This document shows, in pieces, positions 19,949 through 29,940 of a stretch of DNA of 64,000 bases. The stretch comes from an uncultured Chloroflexia bacterium (lineage in GTDB: Bacteria > Chloroflexota > UBA6077 > JACCZL01), in the NCBI GenBank assembly GCA_963765765.1, contig CAVXYC010000015.1, forward strand, positions 256,001 through 320,000, given 5' to 3'. The notes under the pieces are model-generated. The model searched no databases. It worked only from the letters and a program-made list of their open reading frames with translations, and had not been told where the DNA came from. The first letter of the stretch is position 1; the number at the start of each line of letters is the position of its first letter. The position numbers and the translations under genes are program-made.

Positions 19949-20243
19949 GTGGTTGACAGGATACACCGTCGGTGTTCGCTGTTCGGGCGATAGTCACGTG
20001 ACGTTCGCCTCGTTCGAGGGCGATCTTCTCAAAGTTGGAGACCGTGTGCGGGTTCACGTCGACGATTCAATTCATACGGGTTGTGTCGTGATTGCACCGG
20101 CACAGCTTGTCGAAGATCAAGGGGGTGTTCCCGAAGCGCGTGCTGAGCTCGATCACACCCCGCTGGACAAACCATCAGGAGACGCAGCGCGTCTTTTCAC
20201 GTCGCTCGATCTTCCCGACGACATACTGCCGCCTCTAAGGTAG
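19947..20243 (+). CDS. Small protein resembling the PSP1/YaaT(RicT) N-terminal region
   Basis: VGVR...LKVGDRVRV...GCVV; follows holB as yaaT does in many genomes. Confidence 0.5.
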   Translation: MWLTGYTVGVRCSGDSHVTFASFEGDLLKVGDRVRVHVDDSIHTGCVVIAPAQLVEDQGGVPEARAELDHTPLDKPSGDAARLFTSLDLPDDILPPLR

Positions 20244-20256
20244 AGATCGGCGGAGA

Positions 20257-20946
20257 TCAGGTCCTCTGGACGGTTTTAACAACCGACGCCACGATCAGAA
20301 GCACAGTGATGAGGCCGACTGCGATGGTTGCTGGAGAGAGAATCGACAAAGGGCTGGAGGCGGTAGCGGCGGATTCACGGGCAGTCAGTGCTTCTAACCT
20401 CGTTGTGTCGGCGATGCTCCCCGATGGTTCTGCGGCTGGCTCTGCTCTGCGGGCCACGGAGGTAGGTGCGGAGGCAGGCGGCCCGGGAGCCGCGGCGTTG
20501 GCACCGGCCGCTGATGCGCCGTACGGTATCGCGTTCACAGGTTGACCGTCGGACGACATTATCGTTGAGATAGCTCTGGGCTGAGCCGATGGTGCAACCG
20601 GTGCGATTCCAGCAGGTGAGCTGATGGCCGCGAAATCGGCGCTGAGCATCACCACGAAGAGCGCTGCCGCTACGGCCGCGAGCCCTCGGATGCCAGTACT
20701 CCAGCTCAAGAGTCTCGACCAGAACCTCGTCCGGGGCGCCTGTACGATCAAAAATGATCGCGGCAGAGGTGGGTCGGGCAGTGCACGCAAGGCGTGTACC
20801 GTAAATCTCAAGTCCTGAAGTGTCTGGCTGCACTCTTCGCATCGCCCGAGATGCGCGCTCGCGGTGGCTCGCTCCGCAGGAGCGAGCCGGTCATCCAGGT
20901 ACGTGCTGATTTGTTCATCGGTTAGATGGATGTTTAGATCATGCAT
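20257..20946 (-). CDS. Membrane-anchored ZAS anti-sigma factor
   Basis: HLTDEQISTYLD...HLGRCEEC, LPRSF, two hydrophobic helices flanking an Ala/Pro-rich loop. Confidence 0.88.
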   Translation of the reverse strand: MHDLNIHLTDEQISTYLDDRLAPAERATASAHLGRCEECSQTLQDLRFTVHALRALPDPPLPRSFLIVQAPRTRFWSRLLSWSTGIRGLAAVAAALFVVMLSADFAAISSPAGIAPVAPSAQPRAISTIMSSDGQPVNAIPYGASAAGANAAAPGPPASAPTSVARRAEPAAEPSGSIADTTRLEALTARESAATASSPLSILSPATIAVGLITVLLIVASVVKTVQRT

Positions 20947-20955
20947 AAAATACGA

Positions 20956-21565
20956 CTACGTTTCAGTAAGACGTTCAGCCGCGCCGGGAAGTTCCCCTCG
21001 TGTGCGCAATAGCGTTCGGAGTCGCGCCCGGGCTCGGCTCAATCGAGACTTAACCGTTCCGAGCTCGGCTCCCGTGATTTCAGCTGCCTTCTTCATATGA
21101 AAGGCCCTGCACGTCGCACAGGGTCACGATGGTCCGCTGATCGAGCGGCAATGATTGAATGGCCAAGTCTATCTCGGCGGCCGTCTCTGCGCGCATAGCC
21201 GTGCGCTCCGGATTGCTTTCTAGATCGTCTGGCGGATCAATCGGGTCGTCATCGTCATCTTCGCCCTCGAGCGAGTCCTCGCGGCGGCGTTTGCGCTTAC
21301 GGAGCTGGTCGTAGCAGCAGCGTACCGCGATTCGGAAAAGCCACGGGCGAATCGCCTCGCCTCGAAATCCATTGATTGCGCGATAAGCATTAACGAAAGC
21401 GTCCTGAGTTGCGTCGGCAGCGTCATCAGGATTCCCTAGCAGGCGGTACGTCAGACTGTAGACTGGCCGCTCATGTTCCAGGACGAGTCTATTGAACGCG
21501 TCAACGTCGCCATCACGGGCTCGCCTGAGAATCGCGGAGTCATCAACATGCCTGGGTGCGGTCAT
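20956..21565 (-). CDS. ECF sigma factor (SigW/SigM-like), +1 frameshift near 21088
   Basis: GDVDAFNRLV, AADATQDAF, PWLFRIA, GLSYEE; removing one base restores AAEITGAELGTVKSRLSRAR. Confidence 0.9.
20968..20995 (-). promoter_or_regulatory. ECF-type promoter inside the sigma gene 3' end
   Basis: Minus strand GGAACTT-N16-GTCTT, about 20 nt before the anti-sigma ATG. Confidence 0.6.
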
Positions 21566-21648
21566 CGAGTGCTCAATGAATTCTGTACCCGGAAAAGTGC
21601 GCTGCGATAATACGCATTTTCCCAGCCTGATCGCCGGCGCCACGTATC

Positions 21649-22873
21649 ATGATAGCTATGGCGTCGGTTCCCCGAGAGTGGAGCGGTAAGCTCAGCGGTC
21701 TTGCGGCCAGGTCTGTGCCTCGTCCCAGCCCACTTGACCTCTCACTCTTTGGGGTTAGCTGGCGATCGCTGTGGCGAGTGCTCCTCGTCGTATCCATGTG
21801 CACGCTGGCGCTCATTTGTAATCCCGGAGCGCACGCGATGCCCCTAAGAGTGTATCTGGCGACTCGCGCTGACACCTTCAATCTCATCGAATGGGAGGCC
21901 CATCAGCTCATTGCGCACGCCGGCACAATCGGTACTGACCTTCAGCGCTCATCCGAAATCGATCCAGCGGATCTCCAGATAATTCGAGAGTACTTGCTGA
22001 CGCCGAGAGGTGCACGCGATGCGTCACGGTGGAATTCCGAGCGTGCCATCGAGCGGCAGCTCAGTGCTTTGATTGACGCTCAAGGCATAGCCCGCCTGCC
22101 TCAGATTCCGATTCCCGGATTATTTCCACCGGTGGCCTTCCGATTCACGTCCCCTCCACGGGTCCTGGTTGTTGCTCCTCGGGACCGTTTGGTGGTGCAG
22201 CAGTCGGTGCTCCTGGAGCCGAGTGTCACCGAGTCCGAGTCGTCAAGCGTTGAGCAACGTGTTGCCGATCTGGGCGTGTCTACGCTCGTGACGCCGATTG
22301 GCGGTCTCGCGACATACCCATCCATGGTCGTGGAAACGTCGCGAGCGTCGGACGTATTGGCCTCTGTTGCCCACGAGTGGGTCCATGCCTATCTTTTCTT
22401 CCGTCCTCTTGGAACTGTGTACTGGTCAACCCAGCAGGGGCGCGCGATTAACGAGACTGTTGCGGACCTTGCCCGGCAGAGAGCTCGGCGCGTTGTTGGC
22501 CGAGCGTGCCGAGCTACCGCCACCACCGGTGACCGAAGCACCCGGCGGCAGCGATCAGCGGTTTCGACAGGAGATGAGGATCACGCGGCTTGAGGTGGAG
22601 CGCTTGCTCTCCATCGGTGCTATCGACGATGCCGAGCAGTACATGGAGAGGCGGCGGTTGGAGCTCGATGCGATGGGGTATCGGATACGGCGGCTGAACC
22701 AAGCGTACTTTGCATTCTATGGGAGCTACGCGGAAGGGGCGGCCGGAGATGATCGTATTGGAAAGCTTGTGCGCGACCTCCGGGCGTCTGCGCCTTCGCT
22801 TGCATCCTTTCTCGCCAGCGCATCCACCGTACAATCCGTTGATGATTTGCAGCGGTTGCTAGATCAGCCGTGA
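21649..22873 (+). CDS. Exported HExxH zinc-metallopeptidase-like protein (frameshift near 22470)
   Basis: N-terminal hydrophobic helix; IGGLATYP, AHEWVH, INETVA; continues in ORF 22298-22873 with IRRLNQAYFAFYGSYA. Confidence 0.7.
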
Positions 22874-22910
22874 TCGGCCCAGCACATTTTTCTGGGAGGA
22901 CAACGACGCA

Positions 22911-23477
22911 ATGCACGCACGTGACGACGCGGTAGCGCTACTCCATGAGCTGACCAAGAGCGATAGCCTCCGTAAGCATGGTCTGGCGGTTGAAGCGTCA
23001 ATGCGCGCCTTTGCACGAAGGCTTGGGGGAGACGAAGAAACCTGGGGAATCGTCGGTCTTTTGCACGATTTTGACTATGAGGCCCATCCGACCATCGATG
23101 AGCATCCATTTGTTGGCGCTCAGATCCTCAAAGATCGTGGCTGGTCGCAAGAGATCATCGATGGCGTCCTCGCCCATGCTCCGTACTCCGGTGTAGCGCG
23201 TGACACGCCCCTCAAGCAGTCCATCTTTGCTGTGGACGAGCTCAGCGGGTTCGTTATGGCGTGCGCGCTGGTGTACGGACGCAGCTTCGGGAATCTCGAT
23301 CCGTCGCGCATTCGTAAGAAGCTAAAAGACAAATCCTTCGCACGTCAGGTCAATCGCGACGACATACGCGTGGGGCTAGACGAAATTGGCGGTGATCCTG
23401 ATGAGCACATTCAGTACGTCATCGATGCACTGAAAGACGTCGCCCCGGAGCTGGGGCTGAGTGCGGAGCCGACTTAG
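22911..23477 (+). CDS. HD-domain metal-dependent hydrolase
   Basis: KHGLAVEA, GLLHDFDYE, AVDELSG, KDKSFA. Confidence 0.92.
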   Translation: MHARDDAVALLHELTKSDSLRKHGLAVEASMRAFARRLGGDEETWGIVGLLHDFDYEAHPTIDEHPFVGAQILKDRGWSQEIIDGVLAHAPYSGVARDTPLKQSIFAVDELSGFVMACALVYGRSFGNLDPSRIRKKLKDKSFARQVNRDDIRVGLDEIGGDPDEHIQYVIDALKDVAPELGLSAEPT

Positions 23478-23495
23478 GCGACTTTCGAACGTCGC

Positions 23496-24254
23496 TCAGG
23501 CTCGGCGAAGCACCGCTCGCGCATACGTCTCGAGCGTTCCGCCAGCCACCAACAGACACAACGCAAGTCCCAGCGGCCCTTCTCGGTAGCCAGAATCGCT
23601 GAGAAATCGACGCGAGAATTCGCGTAACGGCTGGCCAACGACGGCACGTATGCGCGGGCGTTCTCCACGCCGAATCATGCCTGCCGCCGCGATCCGTGCA
23701 TACCCTCTCTGGCGTTGCCAGAACTCGCCTAGCGAGCTGTAGTTCAAATGCACCAGGGGCTCGGCGAGGTTTCCTGCGGGGCCGTCCAGCCCCGCGACCT
23801 CATGGACCGGTAGGTCGGGTGGATAGCTGGCGTGGCCTTTGCGCAACAATCGGAGCTGCCGATCCGGATACCAACCCGCATGCTTGATCCAGCGCCCACA
23901 GATAATGTTCTGCCTGGGAACCCAGTACCCCACGTTCGAGACATCTCCCTCTACGACACTTCGGATCTCTCTAGCGAGTGTTGTGGGAATGCGCTCGTCG
24001 GAATCCACGAACATGATCCAATCACTGGACGCCAGCTCCAGGGCGGCATTGCGCTGCTCGGCAAAGGTCGTGAATTTGCGGTGGTGAACCTGGGCGCCAG
24101 CATCTCTGGCGAGCTGAGCCGTCGTGTCGGTGGTGGCATCGTCGACAAGTACGACACGCTCGTCCGCCCAGCTTAGCGAGTCGAGGCAATCAGTGATGCT
24201 CCTCGAGGAATTGAGGGCCAGGACCACCCCGCTTATTGTTTGGGGCTGGCTCAC
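23496..24254 (-). CDS. GT2 glycosyltransferase (WaaE-like)
   Basis: QRNAAL, WIMFVDSDER, GWYPDRQLRL, VHE. Confidence 0.92.
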   Translation of the reverse strand: MSQPQTISGVVLALNSSRSITDCLDSLSWADERVVLVDDATTDTTAQLARDAGAQVHHRKFTTFAEQRNAALELASSDWIMFVDSDERIPTTLAREIRSVVEGDVSNVGYWVPRQNIICGRWIKHAGWYPDRQLRLLRKGHASYPPDLPVHEVAGLDGPAGNLAEPLVHLNYSSLGEFWQRQRGYARIAAAGMIRRGERPRIRAVVGQPLREFSRRFLSDSGYREGPLGLALCLLVAGGTLETYARAVLRRA

Positions 24255-25165
24255 TGATTGCTCAGGAGCGATCTACACGCGCGAATGCGGTCCGCGGCCT
24301 GGCGTTTGGAGATCGTTCCTTTGCGGGCCAGCGAATCCACGTGGTTCATCTCTCTACGAAGCCCTAATTGAGCGATAAACTCGGCCGCTTGACGAAATGG
24401 ACGACCGTAATGCTTCTGGTACAGCAGCGACCGGCTTTTATGAAGCTGTTTGAACATCGCCGCGCTGCGCTGCTCGGTGCTCTTACCTCCGTGGTGAACA
24501 ACGACAGCGCCTGGGTGATGGTAAATCTCCCATCCCCGTTCGCGTGCTCGCATGCACCAATCGACTTCTTCGCAATACATGAAGAACGACTCGTCCAGTA
24601 GCCCTACGTCGTCGATCGCCGACCGCGATATCAGCATGCATGCTCCCAACGGGTGATCGACTGCGAATGGCTCATGGCGAGGACCGTAGCGTCCATTCAA
24701 GCGGGATTTCAGGATCCTCGCATGTACTGGAAAGAAGTCAAGCAAAATCTGTCCCATGCCCGGGAAGTGGAACGCGGAGTCCTGCGGCGCACCATCTGGA
24801 TATATGAGTCGCGGTCCCACCGCGGCTAGCCACGGACGCTGGGCAAGAAATGAAGAGAGCGTTGGCAGGGCGTCGTGCAGAAGCTCGGCGTCCGGATTGA
24901 GCAACAGGAGTTGTTCGCCGCGCGCCATGCGCAAGCCCACATTGGTCCCCGCTGCAAATCCAACATTACGCGTGAGCTGGACGAGGCGAACATTGGAGAA
25001 CTTCTCCCGTACCATCCTGGGAGAGCCATCATCCGATGCGTTGTCCACAACGATGATCTCGACGCCATCGACCAGCTTGCTCGATTGTATGAGGGACTGA
25101 ATGGCACGATCGAGGAGGGCGACAGTGTTATAGGACACAACGATTGCTGAAATCCGGCCAGGCAT
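24251..25165 (-). CDS. GT2 glycosyltransferase (WbbL-like)
   Basis: VVDNASDDGS, NVGFAAG, LLLNPD, FFMYCEEVDWC. Confidence 0.93.
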   Translation of the reverse strand: MPGRISAIVVSYNTVALLDRAIQSLIQSSKLVDGVEIIVVDNASDDGSPRMVREKFSNVRLVQLTRNVGFAAGTNVGLRMARGEQLLLLNPDAELLHDALPTLSSFLAQRPWLAAVGPRLIYPDGAPQDSAFHFPGMGQILLDFFPVHARILKSRLNGRYGPRHEPFAVDHPLGACMLISRSAIDDVGLLDESFFMYCEEVDWCMRARERGWEIYHHPGAVVVHHGGKSTEQRSAAMFKQLHKSRSLLYQKHYGRPFRQAAEFIAQLGLRREMNHVDSLARKGTISKRQAADRIRACRSLLSNQ

Positions 25166-26377
25166 CAGTAGCCGATCTCGATCCAGGTGCCACCAACGCG
25201 ATCGTCGTGGAAGGCGATGCCCTCGTGGATCAAACCTGCGTAGACAAAGATGCGATTATTGAGCGGGCCGACCTGGCGGTCTAGCGCTGGACCATGTTCC
25301 ACGCGTAACTGGCCTTCCACCGTGGTCTCATCGCCGGGCGCCAGGTCCGTGGGGAACCCCCATCGGTACGGGTATTTCGAGCCGGTGCTGGTGGGCGAAC
25401 CAGCCCAGTCAACGCCCAGACGCCAGCTTCCTAATCGATCGATGAATTGGTGATTGGCTATGGAGCCGAAGCTATCGAAGCTGCTGTATTCATAGCCGGG
25501 CAGGGGGCCGTTCGTCCGCAGTGGCAGCGTTCCGGTATTGCGCACCAGGGCTCTGACCGTTAGCACCTCCCCCACCATCAAGCGCTGTGGGGTGAAGTCC
25601 ACCCGTACGATGCGGCCCTCGGGATTGCCACTCGCGGAGACGATCAGCGGCACTTCGGTCTGGGCAACGTTTCCGGCCGCGTCCGAAGCTCGCACGAGGT
25701 AGCGGTACGCCCCGTCCGGCACCGGTTTCTCTTTCGCTGTGCCGTCCCAGCGCTCGGCGTACTCACCGGGCTCGAGGAGCTCAGTGCCTCCAACGTAAAC
25801 GCGGTTGTTCGATTGATCCAGCACCAAACGCTGTACGCGTGCACGCTTGGTTAGCCGATAGCTGACTGTTGCCACGTCATCGGCGCCGTCAAAATTCGGG
25901 GAGATCGATGGCGGAAAGGCCGAGAGGTTCTCAATGGCTGGGGGTTCCGTGTCTGCGCCGCGAACTTCGATCGCCTGTCGTCGCTCCGCCTTCTGGCCGC
26001 TCGAGTCAGCCGCCGCAAGCACCAGCTCATACGCTCCGTCATCCAGCACTCGCCTTCGCGGCGAGTCCAGTGACTCAGGTACCGCCCCGTCGAATGGATA
26101 GACGTAGGTCTCGTTTGGTCGGCGCGGCTCGTCCGACCTCAGCGCATACGCAGGATCCGGACCTCGAGACGATCGAGACGCTCAAGGTCGATGGTCGGCT
26201 CACCCGGTACGTTAAGTCCAGACGGTCGCCCCGAACATCTGGTGTGAGCACGTCCTTGCTGGCAGTGAGATCAATGGTGAGTGGGGCGCTGGCGGTGCAG
26301 CCGGCTATGGCGGCAGCAAGGGAGAGGCCTGCGAGGAGCACCGCTCCTCGTTGCCATCGATTGTGCTGATGGGGCAT
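25165..26377 (-). CDS. Lipoprotein with FlgD-type Ig domains (frameshifted near 26050-26160)
   Basis: Lipobox IAGC; ISPNFDGADD, WDGT...VPDGAYRY, DAAGN; two ORFs to be joined. Confidence 0.75.
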
Positions 26378-26975
26378 GGCGGGAGGCTATCAGAGGGTGA
26401 AGGAAACAGGCAATAACAACACAAACGTCTTGGAGTAGCTACTCCAGGGCGTTTCGGGATTGTGGCTGGTTCAGGCGGCCAACGCCCAGCGTTACGGAAT
26501 CGAAATAGTGACGGCGTCCGTGTGGAGGTGGCCGTAGCTGTGGCGCTATTCCGAGACTCGCGGGTTGGGGTGGGCGCTGGCTGATTCACTGGCGTTGACG
26601 TAGGCGCGACAGCGTACGCGAACGGATCAGGCGCGGGAGGCGCTGGTGGGGCAATCGCCTGAATTGTGGCCCACGACAAGGGATCCTTCTCTGCTTGCCG
26701 GAACGCCTTGGTCAGATCCGTGTCAGGAAGCTGCTCCTTGCGGAATGGTCCACGTTGAGCTCCATGTCATATTGACGCAGAAACGGCGAATCGGGCTTCT
26801 GAGATTCAAAGTCCGCGGGCAGATACTGCTCCGAGTTGGGTACCAGCGACCCTAACACGCAGATGTCGGGATTTTCGCCACAGCGGCACTACGGATATTG
26901 TTACAAATTCGTAACGGAACCGAGGCGGAGATGTGTCTACTGCCGTCTACGTTCGTCGGACGGCTGATATTCTGG

Positions 26976-27533
26976 CTACTCCCCGGCCGTAGGCGGTTCC
27001 TCGTGCATGACGGCTTGCCATACCCTGGCGCTCAGCTTACGAGCGAGGATGCCGGCTATGGCTAGCGCGCCGGCGGTAAGGACGGTCCACATAACTTTCT
27101 TGAACATGCTCTGCTCCGATTTAACCGCGAGCTCGTTGGCGGGCTGGATTTCGGCCAGGCTTGTGAGACTGGATCCTGATAAAGCAAGCACTTCTCGTGC
27201 CTGAGCCACTGCGTCCCCGATAAGGCGCGCCGCTTCATCCTGGGATGACTCTCGGAAAGCGGCTAGCCGCGCTGCCGCCGTCTGCTTTTTCTTGCGCGAC
27301 CTAGCTGAGTTGACAGCCAACAGCACTGTGCCAAGTGCAATTCCAGCGCCAATACGGGCAACCACTTCTGGCTTCTCCTCAACCATCCGTAGCGCCCAGT
27401 CGCGAGCGTCGTTGGCGTGAGCCCGGACGTCGAGCATCTCGTTGATCCGCTTGTCAAGCTCTGAAGCCGCGTCCGTGATTTCGAGTCGAAGGCTGGTTAT
27501 CTCCCGTTGCGTATCAGCGGACGTTTGGCCCAT
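26976..27533 (-). CDS. Membrane protein (DUF3618-like N-terminus, DUF4235-like C-terminus)
   Basis: MGQTSADTQREI; C-terminal TM plus VWQAVMHEEPP. Confidence 0.65.
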   Translation of the reverse strand: MGQTSADTQREITSLRLEITDAASELDKRINEMLDVRAHANDARDWALRMVEEKPEVVARIGAGIALGTVLLAVNSARSRKKKQTAAARLAAFRESSQDEAARLIGDAVAQAREVLALSGSSLTSLAEIQPANELAVKSEQSMFKKVMWTVLTAGALAIAGILARKLSARVWQAVMHEEPPTAGE

Positions 27534-27916
27534 GCCAGATCCTCCCTGAGTGTTTCACGGGTTCGCGCTATGGGGTTGATCATCACGCGATCCTTCCCGC
27601 GCAGCGCAAGAATCGCTCCTGTTATCCCGAGGATGAGAGTGATGACGAGCGAGCTAATCCAGCCTCCGTACCTGGGGAAAATGGCCTCGAGGCCCATAAT
27701 AATTGTGACGAGAAGAAATATCGCGGTCATGAAGAGAAGCACGGCGCCGACGATGAGAAGCGCACTGGCCTTGCCGACCTGAATCAGGTTCTCTTCGAGC
27801 TCCTGCTTGGCCAGCTCGATCTGCCGCTCGACGGTGTCGTGGACACCATTGATGATTCGCCGAACCAAGTCGCTAACTGATTGTCGCTCTGTCGGCGGGA
27901 GCTGCTCCGTCGCCAC
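27497..27916 (-). CDS. Actinobacterial holin-X/YqjE-like membrane protein
   Basis: SVSDLV...QIELAKQEL, two TM helices, PIARTRETLREDLAW; GAGGAGG RBS. Confidence 0.82.
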   Translation of the reverse strand: MATEQLPPTERQSVSDLVRRIINGVHDTVERQIELAKQELEENLIQVGKASALLIVGAVLLFMTAIFLLVTIIMGLEAIFPRYGGWISSLVITLILGITGAILALRGKDRVMINPIARTRETLREDLAWAKRPLIRNGR

Positions 27917-28115
27917 CGTGACCTCCTCGTCTGGATGAGATTGGGGTCGCACAACGAGTCGCGGCTGCCCGGGTGTCCCTCTCGTTTCCGATTCTACCAG
28001 GGTGATTGTCGATTCGCGGAGGGGCTGCCGCTCCAGTGCTCAGTCTGACGAATCTCAATGGCGATTCATTCAACATTAAGGTGAACGCCTCGTGCAAGTG
28101 ATACATTGGGTATTG

Positions 28116-28144
28116 TTGATGGCCGGCATGGCCATTCCTATAAT
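28116..28144 (+). promoter_or_regulatory. Sigma70-type promoter of the ABC operon
   Basis: TTGATG-N17-TATAAT. Confidence 0.7.
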
Positions 28145-28282
28145 CTCCTTGCTGCCAGGCAGCCGGTCGGAATCCTCCGACACTCAACCGATGATGGCGT
28201 GCTCATGGTGAGTGTGAGACCTCGCGACGCGAGTTGTTACCATCCACCTCTCCGTGCATGTGCGCTCGATGATTAGGATCCC

Positions 28283-29230
28283 ATGATCAGCGTAGAAGAC
28301 CTCAACAAGTACTACGGTCCACGACGTGTTGTTTCTGACGTCTCGTTCTCGGTGGAAAAGGGCGAGATCCTGGGGTTTCTAGGACCCAATGGCGCTGGTA
28401 AGACCACTACCATGCGCGTTCTCACCGGTTTCCTGCCCGCCTCGAGCGGAACGGCAGCGATTGCTGGATTTGATGTTTTCAAGCAGCCAATCGAAGCTCG
28501 CCGCCACCTCGGTTACCTGCCAGAGAATGTTCCGCTCTATACGGAGATGACCGTTGGGGCCTATCTCGATTTCATGGCCAAGATCAAAGCGATCCCTGGC
28601 GGCGTGCGCAAGGCGCGCGTCGAAGAGGCCATGGAGCTCACGGATATCACTGACCGACGCGGTCAGCTCATCGGAAAGCTTTCCAAGGGGTACCGACAGC
28701 GGGTCGGACTTGCGCAGGCCGTGCTCGGGAAACCGCCCGTGCTCATCCTGGATGAGCCGACCGTTGGCCTCGACCCGCGCCAGATCATTGAGGTCAGAAA
28801 TCTCATCAAGAGCCTGGGCGGCGAGCACACCGTTATCCTGAGCACCCACATCCTGCCTGAGGTCAGCATGACCTGCAGCCGGGTCGTCATCATCGCCGAT
28901 GGGCGCGTGGTAGCCATGGATACGCCGGACAACCTGGCGCACCGGCTCCGCGGTTCAGAGAACATTCGCCTCGAAGTCCGAGGCCCGCAAAATGAAGTGA
29001 TCAAGCGGCTCCGCGACCTGCCACGGGTGCTCAGGGCTGACGGTGAGTCCATGGGAAATGGGCACGTGGCGGTTACCGTGGCGTGCGATGCCAACACCGA
29101 TCTGCGCGAAGATCTGGCGAGGTCGGTCGTTGAAGGGGGCTGGGGGCTCCTGGAGATGCGCCCAGTGGGTATGAGTCTCGAGGAGGTCTTTTTGCAGCTC
29201 ACAACATCGGAGGAGCCGGAGACGGCATGA
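28283..29230 (+). CDS. ABC-2 ATPase (GldA-like)
   Basis: GPNGAGKTT, LSKGYRQRVGLAQA, LDEPTVGLDP. Confidence 0.95.
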   Translation: MISVEDLNKYYGPRRVVSDVSFSVEKGEILGFLGPNGAGKTTTMRVLTGFLPASSGTAAIAGFDVFKQPIEARRHLGYLPENVPLYTEMTVGAYLDFMAKIKAIPGGVRKARVEEAMELTDITDRRGQLIGKLSKGYRQRVGLAQAVLGKPPVLILDEPTVGLDPRQIIEVRNLIKSLGGEHTVILSTHILPEVSMTCSRVVIIADGRVVAMDTPDNLAHRLRGSENIRLEVRGPQNEVIKRLRDLPRVLRADGESMGNGHVAVTVACDANTDLREDLARSVVEGGWGLLEMRPVGMSLEEVFLQLTTSEEPETA

Positions 29231-29940
29231 ACTCAGTCTTTGCAATTGCTCAGCGTGAGCTCAAGTCTTACTTTGCCTCACCCGTTGCATATGTGGTGAC
29301 AGGCTTGTTCCTGGTGATGTCGGGTTACCTTTTCTCTGCCATCCTGGTGCAATCTCAAGAAGCCTCGATGCGCTTCATCATGCAGAACTTGAGCGTAATT
29401 TTTCTCTTCATCATGCCTTTCTTGACGATGCGGCTTCTGGCTGAAGAGCAGCGTACGGGCACCGTTGAGATCTTGCTCACAAACCCGGTGCGAGATCACG
29501 AGCTCGTTCTCGGCAAGTTCCTCGGAGCCACGGTTTTCTTTCTAGTGATGCTGCTTTTCACCCTCTACTACCCATTCCTGCTGTTCACGTACGGCAACCC
29601 CGATCGCGGACCGATCATGTCGGGTTACCTGGGGCTCCTATTGCAGGGCATGGCTTTTCTGGCGGTTGGCTTGTTCGCTTCGTCGCTCACTCAGAATCAG
29701 ATCATCGCGGCGGTTCTTACCTTCACCGTGCTGCTGGTGCTCTGGCTAGCCGAAGCTGCGTCCAACATCTTGGGCTCCCCAATGAAAGACATCCTGCGCT
29801 ATTTGAGCATCACTAGTCATTTCCAGGACTTTCCGCGGGGCGTGATTGACACGGCCCACATCGTTTACTTCTTGAGTCTTGTGGTGGCGAGCTTGTTCCT
29901 CGCCACGCTTTCTCTGCAAACACGGCGGTGGAACGGTTGA
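29227..29940 (+). CDS. ABC-2 permease (GldF-like)
   Basis: RELKSYFASPVAY, AEEQRTGTVEILLT, LGKF. Confidence 0.92.
   Translation: MNSVFAIAQRELKSYFASPVAYVVTGLFLVMSGYLFSAILVQSQEASMRFIMQNLSVIFLFIMPFLTMRLLAEEQRTGTVEILLTNPVRDHELVLGKFLGATVFFLVMLLFTLYYPFLLFTYGNPDRGPIMSGYLGLLLQGMAFLAVGLFASSLTQNQIIAAVLTFTVLLVLWLAEAASNILGSPMKDILRYLSITSHFQDFPRGVIDTAHIVYFLSLVVASLFLATLSLQTRRWNG

Noticed and set aside
26976-27916. Holin-family gene as prophage evidence
   Set aside because: This family is commonly chromosomal, and no phage genes are nearby
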